A model generated the notes under the pieces. It was not told the DNA's origin. It worked only from the letters and a program-made list of their open reading frames with translations, and searched no databases. Below are positions 1 to 12,210 of a stretch of 64,000 nt of DNA, in pieces; the stretch's first letter is position 1, and each line of letters begins with the position of its first letter. Origin of the DNA: Tissierellia bacterium (lineage in GTDB: Bacteria; Bacillota; Clostridia; Tissierellales; Sedimentibacteraceae); the NCBI GenBank assembly GCA_012843025.1, contig DURT01000050.1, positions 2,128-66,127 of the forward strand, given 5' to 3'. Position numbers and translations under genes: made by a program.

Positions 1-2048
1 ATAGTATTTCTACCAGTTTCACTTACGTCATTTTCGTGGAATCTTATACCTTTGCCATACTTGGTAACGATGAATATATCTTTTGTTCCATCAGTTTTAT
101 TAACACTTATTAACTCATCATCTTCAGCAATTTTTATGGCTACAAGACCAGTCTTTCTGTTAGAATCAAATTCACTTAACTTTGTTTTCTTTATTAAACC
201 TTTTTTGGTTACGAAAACTAAGTATTCATCTTCATTAAATTCTCTTGTGGGAATTAAAGCCTTTACCTGTTCTCCTGGTTCAATATTAATTAAGTTAATA
301 ACGGCAGTTCCTTTTGCCTGACGTCTTGCTTCGGGAACTTCATAGGCTTTGATTCTGTACATTTTACCTTTATTTGTAAAGAATAATAAATAGTCGTGAG
401 TAGAGGTTATATATAAGTCTTTTACAAAGTCTTCGTCCCTGGTGGTAAGAGCTGTTACTCCTTTTCCACCTCTATTTTGAGCTTTGTAGGTGTCCTCTGG
501 AAGTCTTTTAATGTAGCCGAAGTTTGTCAGTGTTATTGCTACATTTTCTTCTTCAATTAAATCTTCTACACTGATTTCTCCTTCCTCAGCCACAATTTCT
601 GTTCTTCTTTCATCATAATACTTATTTTTTATTTCTTTCAATTCATCTTTAACAATTTGGTCTATCAATAGTTTGCTATTTAATATTTCCCTATATCTGT
701 TAATCATTTTAATTAATTCTTCATATTCATCGGCTAGTTTTTCTCTTTCCAGCCCCTGTAGACGCCTTAATCGCATATCAACTATGGCTCTGGCCTGAAT
801 TTCTGATAAATCAAAAGCCTTCATCAATCTTTGTTCTGCATCGTCGTAGGAAGAACGTATAATTCTTATAACTTCATCAATATTATCTATTGCCTTTATT
901 AAGCCTTCAACTATGTGGGCTCTGGCTTCTGCCTTGTTTAAATCATATTGAGTCCTTCTGGTTATTATTTCCCTTTGATGCTCCACATAGTGATGGATCA
1001 TTTCTTTTAAGTTTAAAACCTTGGGCTCATTATTTACTAAAGCAATCATAATAATGCTGAAGTTATCCTGCATTTGGGAAAGTTTGTACAAATGATTCAA
1101 TACAATATTGGGATTGTAATCTCGTTTAACTTCAATAACAATCCTCATACCTGTTCTGTCACTTTCATCTCTTAGGTCAGATATTCCTTCGATTCTCTTA
1201 TCTCTAACCAGTTCCGCTATTTTTTCTATTAATCTTGCTTTATTAACCTGGTAGGGAAGTTCTGTAACTAAAATTCGGCTTTTATTATTTTTCATTTCTT
1301 CTATTTCAACTTTAGCCTTTACCTTGATTATGCCTCTTCCCGTCATGTAAGCTTCTTTAATGTTGTCTCTTCCTTCAATTATAGCCCCTGTTGGAAAATC
1401 TGGACCCTTTATATACCTCATAAGTCCAGGAATATCAATATCAGGATTTTCTATATAGGCAATTATTCCGTTTATTACTTCCCCTAAGTTGTGAGGAGGT
1501 ATGGAACTAGCCATTCCTACAGCTATACCCGATGATCCGTTTACTAATAGGTTGGGAAAACGGCTAGGAAGAACTACTGGTTCTTTTAAAGTTTCATCGA
1601 AATTAGGTCTGAAATCAACAGTATCTTTGTTAAAATCTCTGAGCATTTCCATTGCCATAGGAGAAAGGCGGGCTTCCGTGTAACGCATTGCTGCTGCTTG
1701 GTCACCGTCTACAGAACCGAAGTTTCCGTGGCCGTCTATTAAAGGGTAACGCATGGAAAAGTGCTGTGCCAATCTTACCATGGCATCGTATACAGCACTA
1801 TCTCCATGAGGATGGTACTTACCCAAGACATCCCCTACTATACGGGCACTTTTTTTATGGGGTTTATCAGGTGAAAGCCCTAATTCACTGGCAGAATAGA
1901 GTATTCTCCTGTGTACAGGTTTCAGCCCGTCTCTTACATCGGGTAGTGCTCTCGATACAATTACCGTCATTGCATAGTCTAAATAAGACCTTTTCATTTC
2001 TTCGGTAATATTTACATTAATAATCTTGCTTTTATCGTTTTCGTTCAT
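1..2048 (-). CDS. gyrA: DNA gyrase subunit A, 5' portion (3' end lies beyond the window start)
   Basis: Not in the ORF track because it is open at the window edge. Minus-strand translation from the ATG at 2048-2046 reads [43 protein letters not shown]. The in-frame catalytic-Tyr motif [10 protein letters not shown] is encoded at 1665-1697. A GAGAGG RBS lies upstream, and the gene sits directly downstream of gyrB. Confidence 0.93.
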   Translation of the reverse strand, partial: MNENDKSKIINVNITEEMKRSYLDYAMTVIVSRALPDVRDGLKPVHRRILYSASELGLSPDKPHKKSARIVGDVLGKYHPHGDSAVYDAMVRLAQHFSMRYPLIDGHGNFGSVDGDQAAAMRYTEARLSPMAMEMLRDFNKDTVDFRPNFDETLKEPVVLPSRFPNLLVNGSSGIAVGMASSIPPHNLGEVINGIIAYIENPDIDIPGLMRYIKGPDFPTGAIIEGRDNIKEAYMTGRGIIKVKAKVEIEEMKNNKSRILVTELPYQVNKARLIEKIAELVRDKRIEGISDLRDESDRTGMRIVIEVKRDYNPNIVLNHLYKLSQMQDNFSIIMIALVNNEPKVLNLKEMIHHYVEHQREIITRRTQYDLNKAEARAHIVEGLIKAIDNIDEVIRIIRSSYDDAEQRLMKAFDLSEIQARAIVDMRLRRLQGLEREKLADEYEELIKMINRYREILNSKLLIDQIVKDELKEIKNKYYDERRTEIVAEEGEISVEDLIEEENVAITLTNFGYIKRLPEDTYKAQNRGGKGVTALTTRDEDFVKDLYITSTHDYLLFFTNKGKMYRIKAYEVPEARRQAKGTAVINLINIEPGEQVKALIPTREFNEDEYLVFVTKKGLIKKTKLSEFDSNRKTGLVAIKIAEDDELISVNKTDGTKDIFIVTKYGKGIRFHENDVSETGRNT

Positions 2049-2063
2049 TTATTACCTCTCAGT

Positions 2064-3974
<1,911 letters not shown>

Positions 3975-3985
3975 TTAATTCTCCT

Positions 3986-5107
3986 CTAATTAGTAATGTT
4001 TCTGATTTTTCCTTGGTTTATATAAAAGTTTTTCTTATCAAAGTTTTCAGTTAATATATTTAAATCAGTATCATCAGTGGTAGTAATAATTGTTTGAATA
4101 CCTTCAATATGTTCTATTAGATAACTTTTCCTTTTATTATCAAGTTCTGATAATACATCATCCAAGAGTAAGACAGGATATTCTCCTATTTCATCTTTTA
4201 TTATTTCGATTTCAGCTAATTTTAAGGCAAGAATAGCTGATCGCTGCTGACCTTGAGAGGCGAAATACTTACATTCCTTGTCATTGATTTTAATTATTAA
4301 ATCATCTTTGTGGGGTCCAAACATAGATGAGCCTCTTTCAAGTTCATTTTTGAAATTATTTTTGATTTTTTCGTAAAAAATCTTCTTTATTTCGTCCTTC
4401 TTTAAATTATCAATATTTCCTAAATTAGTATAATAACTTATATTTAATTTTTCTTTGTTTCCAGTAAGATTTGAATGAATGTCAATGGCATATTTTTTTA
4501 AATTATTTATGTATTCATTTCTGTAAAGTATTATTTCTGTTCCTATGTTTACCAGGTAGTCGTTCCAAATACTTATAATATCTTTATTTTCACTGTTTGT
4601 ATAGTAATTTTTTAATAAAATATTTCTTTCTGTAGTTACTTTTTTGTATTTATTAAGTAAGTATTTATATTTTGGTTTAATTTGGGAAATATCAATGTTA
4701 ACGAATTTACGTCTTTCAATGGGACTCCCTTTAATTATTTTCATGTCATCGGGAGTAAATATTACATTGTTTAAAATACCTATCATTTCAGAGGTTTTAT
4801 CTAGCTTTACGCCATTTATTAAAACAGTCTTCTTCTTGTTTTTTTCTAAATTTATTTCTATTTTAATGTCGTAATTATTTTTAGTTAAGTAGATTTCAAT
4901 AGTACTTTTATTTTCAAAGAAATTTATTAATTCATTTTCACTGTTTAATCTGAAAGTTCTTCCAATGGAAGCAACATAAATTGATTCCATGAGGTTTGTC
5001 TTCCCCTGGCCGTTATCTCCAATAAAAATATTAAGAGACTTGTTTAACTCTACTTCAGCTTCTATAAAATTTCTGTAATTTTTTATTCTTAATCTATTTA
5101 CTACCAT
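3986..5107 (-). CDS. recF: DNA replication/repair protein RecF
   Basis: 373 aa. Walker A GDNGQGKTNLMES and Walker B-like LLLDDVLSELD. Canonical dnaA-dnaN-yaaA-recF-gyrB order. Confidence 0.93.
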   Translation of the reverse strand: MVVNRLRIKNYRNFIEAEVELNKSLNIFIGDNGQGKTNLMESIYVASIGRTFRLNSENELINFFENKSTIEIYLTKNNYDIKIEINLEKNKKKTVLINGVKLDKTSEMIGILNNVIFTPDDMKIIKGSPIERRKFVNIDISQIKPKYKYLLNKYKKVTTERNILLKNYYTNSENKDIISIWNDYLVNIGTEIILYRNEYINNLKKYAIDIHSNLTGNKEKLNISYYTNLGNIDNLKKDEIKKIFYEKIKNNFKNELERGSSMFGPHKDDLIIKINDKECKYFASQGQQRSAILALKLAEIEIIKDEIGEYPVLLLDDVLSELDNKRKSYLIEHIEGIQTIITTTDDTDLNILTENFDKKNFYINQGKIRNITN

Positions 5108-5119
5108 TATTCCTCACAA

Positions 5120-5335
5120 TTAAGGTGCATTTACAATTAAGTATTTTTCTCCGTTAAACTCTACAAGGTCCCCTGCTCGTAATTTTTTTCCACGTTGAAG
5201 AACAACTTCTCCGTTAACCTTAACTAATCCCTCTGCAATGACATTCTTTGCCATGCCTCCTCCGTCAACGGCATTTGCCAATTTTAACAGCTGGCTCAGC
5301 TTTATATATTCTGTTGTGATCTTTATTTTTTCCAT
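5120..5335 (-). CDS. S4-domain RNA-binding protein (YaaA-like)
   Basis: 71 aa small ORF between dnaN and recF, as in Bacillus yaaA. S4-like segment LRAGDLVEFNGEKY. Confidence 0.75.
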   Translation of the reverse strand: MEKIKITTEYIKLSQLLKLANAVDGGGMAKNVIAEGLVKVNGEVVLQRGKKLRAGDLVEFNGEKYLIVNAP

Positions 5336-5393
5336 AATTACCTCATTACCTCACTTCCGGACATTCAAGTAGGGGACATTTCATAGGGGTCCC

Positions 5394-6509
5394 CTAACCA
5401 ATACGTACGGGAAGTACCATGTATATATAATTCTTCCCTTTTTCATCCTCTTCATTTAATTCATTAATAAAACAGGGATTATTTTTTCCAATCAAATTCA
5501 GTGTAATCCTTTCACTGTCTATTACTTTCAGGTAATCTAAAAGGTACTTGGAATTAAATCCAATCCTTATATCTTCCCCTTCCTTTTCAATAGAAATATT
5601 TTCTTCTACATTTCCATATTCAGAAGCAGAATTAATTTGCATATTAGAATCTTTAATATCTAAAATAATCAAATTATTCTTGTCATCTCTTGCTAGGAGG
5701 GAAGCTCTTTCTATACTTTCCTTTATATCTTCCGTGCTGACTTTTACAACTGATATATAATTATCTTTTATAATTCCTTCATAGTCAATAAATTTTCCTT
5801 CTAAAAGGTTTGAAATTATTATAGTATTTTCTATTTTAAAGGTAATATGACTTTCTGATACAGTTATTTCTATATCTTCTTCGCTTTCTTCAATAACCCT
5901 AAGAACTTCCATCAATGTTTTTGACGGAACTACAACTGAAATTTCACCATCATAATCTATAGCTTCTTTCTTTACTGCCATCCTGTATCCGTCAAGAGCT
6001 ACAATCGTACATAAATTGTTTTTTATTTCTAGTAGACACCCAGTGAAAATGGGTTTAAAACTTTCCATTGCTGCAGCAAAATATGTATGTCTTATCAGTT
6101 CTTGAAGTATGTTTCCTTTAATTTTGAAAGTATTTCCTTCGTTATGGAAAGTATTGTCAGGATATTCAGAAGCTGAATTGCCCAAAATATTTATTTCAGA
6201 ATTCAAGCATCTTATTTCCACCATGTTGTTTTCCATTGTTTCCATAAATACATAGGAATTTGAAGGCAATTTCCTTACGAAATCACCTATTAATTTAGAT
6301 TGTACCACTATTGCTCCCTCTTCTTCTATTTCACAGGGAGAATATGTCTTGATTCCTAAATCTAGGTCTGTTGCTGTTAATACTAGCATATTATTTTTAG
6401 CTTCAATAAGAATTCCCGACAATATGGGAAGAGGGGATTTGGAAGAAACGGCTTTTTGTACGATATTAATAGATTTATTTAGTTCATTTTGGTTTATTTT
6501 TATTTTCAT
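5394..6509 (-). CDS. dnaN: DNA polymerase III beta sliding clamp
   Basis: 371 aa, a typical clamp length, immediately downstream of dnaA. The N-terminus MKIKINQNELNKSINIVQKAVSSKSPLPILSGILIEA is clamp-like. Confidence 0.93.
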   Translation of the reverse strand: MKIKINQNELNKSINIVQKAVSSKSPLPILSGILIEAKNNMLVLTATDLDLGIKTYSPCEIEEEGAIVVQSKLIGDFVRKLPSNSYVFMETMENNMVEIRCLNSEINILGNSASEYPDNTFHNEGNTFKIKGNILQELIRHTYFAAAMESFKPIFTGCLLEIKNNLCTIVALDGYRMAVKKEAIDYDGEISVVVPSKTLMEVLRVIEESEEDIEITVSESHITFKIENTIIISNLLEGKFIDYEGIIKDNYISVVKVSTEDIKESIERASLLARDDKNNLIILDIKDSNMQINSASEYGNVEENISIEKEGEDIRIGFNSKYLLDYLKVIDSERITLNLIGKNNPCFINELNEEDEKGKNYIYMVLPVRIG

Positions 6510-6740
6510 AATAGGCTCCTTTATAAAATAGTGTGGATAGATTTGAAAAAATTCTTATTAGAAATATATAAAATAATTATTAGTAATATCAGTAGGTGCT
6601 GTTAATTTGTTGAAAACCCTGTTTACCTTTTGATTTTCAATATTATTTATTAAATAAACTGTTGATTGTTTTAGTATTAGTACAGAAGTATAAAAGCTAT
6701 TATTATTTTTATAAACATCTATTAACAGTTTGTCAACATA
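6510..6740. other. oriC part 2 (dnaA-dnaN intergenic): AT-rich spacer with DnaA-box-like sites and a possible DnaA-trio/unwinding region
   Basis: One-mismatch DnaA box TGTGGATAG at 6532-6540. Two-mismatch boxes at 6608-6616 (TGTTGAAAA) and 6730-6738 (TTGTCAACA). A run of TAT TAG TAA TAT CAG TAG at 6578-6595 is followed by GC-richer GTGCTG. Firmicute origins are typically bipartite around dnaA. Confidence 0.6.
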
Positions 6741-8066
6741 TTAATTATTAAGCATTGAAATTAAATCATCTACATTTTTCTTTACTTCCTGACTGTTTTC
6801 CATTTCTTCTTCAATTTTATTATAGGCATGAAGAACAGTTGAATGGTCCCTTCCTCCAAACTCTTCACCAATTTTAGGAAGGGATAAATCTGTCAGTTTC
6901 CTTGAAATATACATGGCCAATTGTCTTGGATATGCAATATTTTTAGTTTTTTTCTTAGATACTAGATCTTCTACGGAAAGATTATAGTAATTTGCAACAA
7001 TTTCTTTAATATCATTTATAGATACTTTTTTATTTTCGGATATTAGATGTTTCAGTGCTTCCTGGGCTAATTCCAAGGTAACTTCCTTTTTATTAGTCAG
7101 AGAAGCGTAGGCATAAATACGAATAAGTGCACCTTCTAATTTTCTGATATTTGATTGTATATGTTGCGCTATATAGGATATTACTTCATCAGGTATATTG
7201 TAGTTTTCTGCTTCGGCTTTTTTTCTTAATATTGCTATTCTTGTTTCATAATCAGGGGGCTGTATATCAGCAATAAGTCCCCATTCGAATCGTGATCTCA
7301 GCCTGTCCTCTAATGTGGGAATTTCTGAAGGAGGGTTATCGCTGGATACGATAATTTGTTTATTGGCTCCATGCAGTGCATTGAAAGTATGGAAAAATTC
7401 TTCCTGGGTACTCTCTTTTCCCGCAATAAATTGTATATCATCTACTAAAAGAACATCTGCTCGGCGATATGTATTTCTGAATTCTTCGTTAGTACCATCT
7501 TTAATGGAATTAATAAGATCATTTGTAAATTTCTCTGAGGTTACATAAAGTACATAGGCATCAGGATTATTATCTAAAATATAATGACCGATAGCATGCA
7601 TCAGGTGTGTTTTTCCAAGTCCAACTCCTCCATATATAAACAAGGGATTGTATGCTGTTGCTGGTGCTTCTGCAACTGCTAAGGATGCAGCATGAGCAAA
7701 ACGGTTGCTGTTTCCTATTATAAAATTGTCAAATCTGTACTTTGGATTTAGTTTTCTGTCTTTGTTCAATGAGTCATTAACTTCATTATTATTGTCTTTT
7801 TTTACATCTTGATCTATATTTTCCCCCGGGATTGTAAATATTAGTTCAATTTCTTTCTTTAAAACATAATTAAATGCGTTTTTCAGGAAATTGTAATGTC
7901 TTTTTCTTATTGTATTTCTTAAAAAATCATCTGCTGCTTCCAAATAAACAGTGTTATTTTTATATGCAACTATTTTAAGAGGTTTAAACCAAGTATTAAA
8001 GCTTACTTGATTGGTATCTTCCTTTACAATTTCCAATACCTCGTTCCACAATTCTTCAAAATTCAT
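6741..8066 (-). CDS. dnaA: Chromosomal replication initiator DnaA
   Basis: 441 aa. AAA+ Walker [16 protein letters not shown], Walker [10 protein letters not shown], and C-terminal DNA-binding signature [12 protein letters not shown]. Confidence 0.98.
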   Translation of the reverse strand: MNFEELWNEVLEIVKEDTNQVSFNTWFKPLKIVAYKNNTVYLEAADDFLRNTIRKRHYNFLKNAFNYVLKKEIELIFTIPGENIDQDVKKDNNNEVNDSLNKDRKLNPKYRFDNFIIGNSNRFAHAASLAVAEAPATAYNPLFIYGGVGLGKTHLMHAIGHYILDNNPDAYVLYVTSEKFTNDLINSIKDGTNEEFRNTYRRADVLLVDDIQFIAGKESTQEEFFHTFNALHGANKQIIVSSDNPPSEIPTLEDRLRSRFEWGLIADIQPPDYETRIAILRKKAEAENYNIPDEVISYIAQHIQSNIRKLEGALIRIYAYASLTNKKEVTLELAQEALKHLISENKKVSINDIKEIVANYYNLSVEDLVSKKKTKNIAYPRQLAMYISRKLTDLSLPKIGEEFGGRDHSTVLHAYNKIEEEMENSQEVKKNVDDLISMLNN

Positions 8067-8243
8067 ATTTTCCTCCGGTGTATAAAAAAATTAACAGTTT
8101 GTTGATAAAAGTAAAGAATAACTACTAATTTAGAAGATATTAACAAGCTGTTTATAGATATATTTACAAGTGATTTAATTGTATAATGAATAAAATTAAA
8201 ATTTTAATAACAAGTTGTCCATAGGAAATTCTAGTAAAAAAAG

Positions 8244-8252
8244 TTATCCACA
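8244..8252 (+). promoter_or_regulatory. DnaA box (perfect TTATCCACA)
   Basis: Exact match to the consensus 9-mer, read directly. Confidence 0.85.
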
Positions 8253-8274
8253 GATAATACAATATTATCATTTT

Positions 8275-8283
8275 TTATCCACA
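8275..8283 (+). promoter_or_regulatory. DnaA box (perfect TTATCCACA)
   Basis: Exact match to the consensus 9-mer, 31 bp from the first box and in the same orientation. Confidence 0.85.
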
Positions 8284-8442
8284 ATTTCAATTAATTTTAG
8301 AATATTTTAAAAAATAATTGCATTAAAGTAAAAAATGTAGTATATTACAATAGCTATAGTAATGAATATTTTCGATTTTGTAAGTGAAACTAATATAGAA
8401 TAGGGACACACTTTCTTAGAAGGTGAGTCTAAATTTTAGTTG

Positions 8443-8471
8443 TTGACATAAATATTTAAAAATAATATAAT
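8443..8471 (+). promoter_or_regulatory. Sigma-A type promoter of the rpmH-rnpA operon
   Basis: TTGACA (8443-8448), 17-nt spacer, TATAAT (8466-8471). Confidence 0.6.
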
Positions 8472-8532
8472 TGAAAAATATGAAATTTTAAATATTTATT
8501 TATAGATATCTGTATACAAGGAGGTGTTTTCG

Positions 8533-8667
8533 TTGAAAAGAACTTATCAGCCAAAAAGAAAACAGAGAAGCAGAGAACATGGATTCTTAAAGAGAATGAG
8601 AACTAAGTCAGGAAGAAATGTACTAAAGAGAAGAAGGGCAAAAGGAAGAAAAAGATTGTCAGCATAA
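8533..8667 (+). CDS. rpmH: 50S ribosomal protein L34
   Basis: Not in the ORF track (TTG start, 44 aa). Translation (M)[43 protein letters not shown] is a textbook L34. GGAGGTG RBS at 8520-8526. Confidence 0.95.
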   Translation: MKRTYQPKRKQRSREHGFLKRMRTKSGRNVLKRRRAKGRKRLSA

Positions 8668-8690
8668 GGCCGCATAAGTGGCCTTTTATT
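8666..8690 (+). terminator. Hairpin between rpmH and rnpA (partial terminator/processing hairpin)
   Basis: AAGGCCGC-ATAA-GTGGCCTT followed by a short T tract. Confidence 0.4.
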
Positions 8691-8715
8691 CCATGTAAGC
8701 AGTAAAGGATTTACA

Positions 8716-9057
8716 ATGATAATATTAAAAAAAAATAATGAATACAAATCTGTATATAATTGTAACAATTCTACATCAGACTATAACTTAGTATTGTTCA
8801 TAAAGAAAAATAATTTCGGTTATAATAGGTTCGGCTTTACAGCAGCTAAAAAAATCAAGAAAGCAGTTTCAAGAAATTTACTTAGAAGAAGACTGAAGGA
8901 AATAGTTAGATTAAATGAACATTATTTAATAGAAGGCTATGATATTGTACTTATGGCAAGAGTAAATGCTGTTGAATCCGATTATAAAAGTCTTGAAAAA
9001 TCTTTCAAGAAACTTATAAAAAGAAAAAAGTTATTCAAAGGTGATTCCCATCAGTAA
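8716..9057 (+). CDS. rnpA: Ribonuclease P protein component
   Basis: 113 aa basic protein directly after rpmH, with an RNR-like motif [15 protein letters not shown]. Confidence 0.9.
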   Translation: MIILKKNNEYKSVYNCNNSTSDYNLVLFIKKNNFGYNRFGFTAAKKIKKAVSRNLLRRRLKEIVRLNEHYLIEGYDIVLMARVNAVESDYKSLEKSFKKLIKRKKLFKGDSHQ

Positions 9058-9259
9058 AATTTTAATATTCATTATTAGAATATATCAGAAGTTTTCTTCT
9101 AAGTCTGGTGTAAGACATTGTAGATTTTATCCAACTTGTTCACAATATTTTGTTGAAGCATTAGAAAAATACGGGTTTTTTAAAGGTTCATACTTGGGTA
9201 TAAGGAGAATTTTAAGATGCCATCCGTTTAATCCGGGAGGATATGACCCTTTAAAATAG
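9041..9259 (+). CDS. yidD: Membrane protein insertion efficiency factor YidD
   Basis: 72 aa with the hallmark [10 protein letters not shown]. Overlaps the rnpA end by 17 nt. Confidence 0.9.
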   Translation: MIPISKILIFIIRIYQKFSSKSGVRHCRFYPTCSQYFVEALEKYGFFKGSYLGIRRILRCHPFNPGGYDPLK

Positions 9260-9269
9260 GAGGATAGGA

Positions 9270-10046
9270 ATGAATTTAGATTTTTTAGCAATACCCATAG
9301 GTATGCTTGTGAAATTAATATATAACATGGTGTCTGTTTTAGATTCAAAATATCTTTCAGCTTATGCCATATCCATTATAATTTCCACAATTGTATTTAA
9401 ATTAATAATATTACCTTTAACATTGAAGCAAACAAAATCAATGAAGAAAATGCAGGAACTTACTCCAAAAATTCAGGAATTACAAGAAAAGTATGGAAAG
9501 GATCCTCAAACACTGCAAAGAAAGCAATTAGAATTATATAAAGAAGCTAATTACAGTCCCTTTTCCGGATGTTTGCCTCTTTTAATACAGTTTCCCATAC
9601 TGATAGCGTTTTTTTACGTTATAAGATCACCAGAAATATATGTGTTCAAGGATCAGGCTTTTTTTGATACTATTAACAGAACCTTTTTATGGATAAAAGA
9701 TTTGGGATTTGCAGAAAATTATATATTTGAAAACGGAATGGTTAACGGAATATCCATGGGCAGTGTACCACTTCCTTTCATCGGTACAGCATTACCTGTA
9801 TTGGCAGCTATTTCGGGACTAACTACCTATTTAACAACAAAGATGACAACACAGCCAGCAATGAACGAACAACAAGAATCTACTCAAAGAACAATGAGCA
9901 TGATGATGCCTATAATGATATTCGTATTTTCCATGCAATTTCCCGCAGGATTAGCACTCTACTGGGTTGTATCTAATATTTTCCAATTTGTACAGCAACT
10001 TATTGTTTTAAATTCGTCCAAAAATCCAAAGGAGGAATTAAAATAG
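9270..10046 (+). CDS. yidC: YidC/Oxa1-family membrane protein insertase
   Basis: 258 aa multi-TM protein in the conserved rnpA-yidD-yidC-jag context. C-terminal PAGLALYWVVSNIFQ motif. Confidence 0.9.
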   Translation: MNLDFLAIPIGMLVKLIYNMVSVLDSKYLSAYAISIIISTIVFKLIILPLTLKQTKSMKKMQELTPKIQELQEKYGKDPQTLQRKQLELYKEANYSPFSGCLPLLIQFPILIAFFYVIRSPEIYVFKDQAFFDTINRTFLWIKDLGFAENYIFENGMVNGISMGSVPLPFIGTALPVLAAISGLTTYLTTKMTTQPAMNEQQESTQRTMSMMMPIMIFVFSMQFPAGLALYWVVSNIFQFVQQLIVLNSSKNPKEELK

Positions 10047-10670
10047 ATGAAAAATGTAACTATAGAAAGACCTACCGTTGAAGAAGCAGTGGAAGCAGCT
10101 CTTAAAGAACTACAGGTTGAAAAAGATGATGTAGAAATTGAAGTTATAACGGAACCATCAAAGGGTTTTTTCGGCTTGGGAAGTAAGGATGCTAAGGTAA
10201 GGGTTACAGTTACCAATGGTCCCGAAGAAAGAGCAAAGAAATTTTTAGATATTTTACTTAAGAAGATGGATATAGAAGCCCTATATGAAGCTAAATATTC
10301 CGATAATGTTCTTAATGTTGATATAGTTAAAATTGGAGAAGAGGACAAGGGATTAGTTATAGGCAAAAGAGGTAAAAATTTAGATGAAATACAGTTTCTG
10401 ATGAACTTAATGGTAAACAAAGGAAGAGAAAATTACATACGTGTAATTTTTAATGTTGAGGATTACCGATCAAAAAGAGAAGATACTTTGAAGAGGTTAG
10501 CTCTGAAAATGGCGGATAAATGCAGGTATTACAAGCACAAAGTAAGACTTGAGCCTATGAATCCTTATGAAAGGAGAATAATTCATTCAACTTTACAGGA
10601 TGAAAAAGACATCATAACTTACTCAGAAGGTGAAGAACCTTATAGAAAAGTAGTAATAGATTTGAAATGA
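10047..10670 (+). CDS. jag: Jag/KhpB RNA-binding protein (Jag_N-KH-R3H)
   Basis: 207 aa. KH-like VIGKRGKNLDEIQ and R3H ERRIIHSTLQ. Follows yidC. Confidence 0.88.
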   Translation: MKNVTIERPTVEEAVEAALKELQVEKDDVEIEVITEPSKGFFGLGSKDAKVRVTVTNGPEERAKKFLDILLKKMDIEALYEAKYSDNVLNVDIVKIGEEDKGLVIGKRGKNLDEIQFLMNLMVNKGRENYIRVIFNVEDYRSKREDTLKRLALKMADKCRYYKHKVRLEPMNPYERRIIHSTLQDEKDIITYSEGEEPYRKVVIDLK

Positions 10671-10707
10671 CATAAAGGGGACATTAGTAGTAAGATGTCC
10701 CCATACG

Positions 10708-10733
10708 ATAACCCTAGTAGGGTTATTTTTTTT
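10708..10733 (+). terminator. Rho-independent terminator after jag
   Basis: ATAACCCTAGTAGGGTTAT followed by T8. It is preceded by a second hairpin, GGGGACAT...ATGTCCCC, at 10677-10702. Confidence 0.7.
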
Positions 10734-10821
10734 AAAATATGTTAAATATATGTACTTTTATAAGAAATTAGGGTAAAATAGGTAAGGAATAACCAAAGAT
10801 AAAATAGAAAACGGTGATAAA

Positions 10822-12195
10822 ATGTTTGATGATACAATAGCTGCAATTGCTACCTTTCCCGGTAATGCAGGTATAAATATAATTAGAATAAGTGGAAAGG
10901 ATGCATTGAAAATTGCAAAAAATATCTTTGTGGACAGAAACAAACAAAAAAAAGACAGTTTTAAACAAAGATATCTTCATTACGGATATATTGTGGATGA
11001 GGACAATAATATTATAGATGAAGTGTTGATATCCTATATGAAGGCACCTAACACTTACACCAAAGAAGATATTGTGGAAATTAATTGTCACGGTGGAATA
11101 ATATCTTCCAAAAAAATATTAGACAGAGTTTTAAACCATGGATGCAGGGCTGCAGAAAGAGGAGAGTTTACAAAAAGAGCTTTTCTTAACGGAAGAATTG
11201 ACTTAACTCAGGCGGAAGCAGTCCTTGATATAATTAATTCGAAAACGGATTACAGCCATGAAATATCTGTAAATCATTTGGAAGGAAGACTTTCTAAGGA
11301 AATAAATTCAGTTATTGATGAAATAATGAATTTACTGGCAAATATACAGGTAAATATAGATTTTCCCGAATATGATGAAGATGAAGTTACTATAGAAAAA
11401 GTCAAAAATTTATGCAATAAACTAATCCCCAAGTTGGATAAACTTATAAAGACGGCAGATACCGGCAAAATAATAAAGGAAGGTATAAAGACTGTAATAT
11501 TAGGAAAACCCAATGTAGGAAAGTCATCTCTTATGAATTTTCTCTTAAATGAAAATCGGGCAATTGTGACAGAAATTCCAGGGACAACAAGGGATACTAT
11601 AGAGGAGTATGTTAATATAAAAGGGGTACCATTAAGAATAATTGACACTGCCGGTATAAGAGAAACCCAGGATGAAGTAGAAAAAATAGGTGTTGAAAAA
11701 GCTTTAGAAAAAGTTAAGGAAGCTGATTTAGTTATTATGGTATTCGATTCTTCTAGGGAACTTGAAGAGGAAGATGAAAGAATTTTGGATTATATTAATA
11801 ATAAAAAAGTAATCTATGTAAGAAATAAAACGGATCTGGAAAATAAATTAGATCTTTCTTCTTATGAAAAAATTCAAAATGAAATAATAAATATATCCGT
11901 ATTACAAAATAAAGGTTTAGATGAAATAATAGACAAAATATATCAATTATTCTTTGAAGGACATCTAAATGTAAGAGATGAACTTATTATTAATAATGCA
12001 AGGCATAAAAATTTGCTTATAAAAGCAAAGAACAGTATGGAAGAAGTTTTAAAATCAATTGATTACAATATGTCTATTGATTTTCTGGAAATTGATTTAA
12101 GGGATGCAATGGAGAATTTAGGGTTGATAGTAGGAAAATCTGTCAGCGATGATTTAGTAGATAAAATATTTGAGGAATTCTGTATAGGAAAGTAG
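10822..12195 (+). CDS. mnmE: tRNA modification GTPase MnmE
   Basis: 457 aa. G1 GKPNVGKSSLMN, G3 DTAGIR, C-terminal CIGK. Confidence 0.96.
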   Translation: MFDDTIAAIATFPGNAGINIIRISGKDALKIAKNIFVDRNKQKKDSFKQRYLHYGYIVDEDNNIIDEVLISYMKAPNTYTKEDIVEINCHGGIISSKKILDRVLNHGCRAAERGEFTKRAFLNGRIDLTQAEAVLDIINSKTDYSHEISVNHLEGRLSKEINSVIDEIMNLLANIQVNIDFPEYDEDEVTIEKVKNLCNKLIPKLDKLIKTADTGKIIKEGIKTVILGKPNVGKSSLMNFLLNENRAIVTEIPGTTRDTIEEYVNIKGVPLRIIDTAGIRETQDEVEKIGVEKALEKVKEADLVIMVFDSSRELEEEDERILDYINNKKVIYVRNKTDLENKLDLSSYEKIQNEIINISVLQNKGLDEIIDKIYQLFFEGHLNVRDELIINNARHKNLLIKAKNSMEEVLKSIDYNMSIDFLEIDLRDAMENLGLIVGKSVSDDLVDKIFEEFCIGK

Positions 12196-12210
12196 TAGAA
12201 AGGAACAACT

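Larger units (their letters stand above)
8067..8442. other. oriC part 1 / dnaA promoter region with DnaA boxes
   Basis: Two perfect TTATCCACA boxes (8244-8252, 8275-8283). TTGTCCATA at 8215-8223 and a one-mismatch reversed box TGTTGATAA at 8100-8108. Very AT-rich, and the gene strand switches here. Confidence 0.8.

Noticed and set aside
7816-7836. CCCGGG-containing sequences as extra Noc sites (TATTTTCCCCCGGGATTG at ~7818; TTCTTCCCGGGACTT at ~39955).
   Set aside because: They are asymmetric, with 10 or fewer of the 14 core positions matching, so they are not distinguishable from chance SmaI sites.
8547-8768. 73-aa minus-strand ORF overlapping rpmH and the rnpA start.
   Set aside because: It is antisense to the unmistakable L34 coding sequence, has a hydrophobic low-complexity product, and has no RBS.
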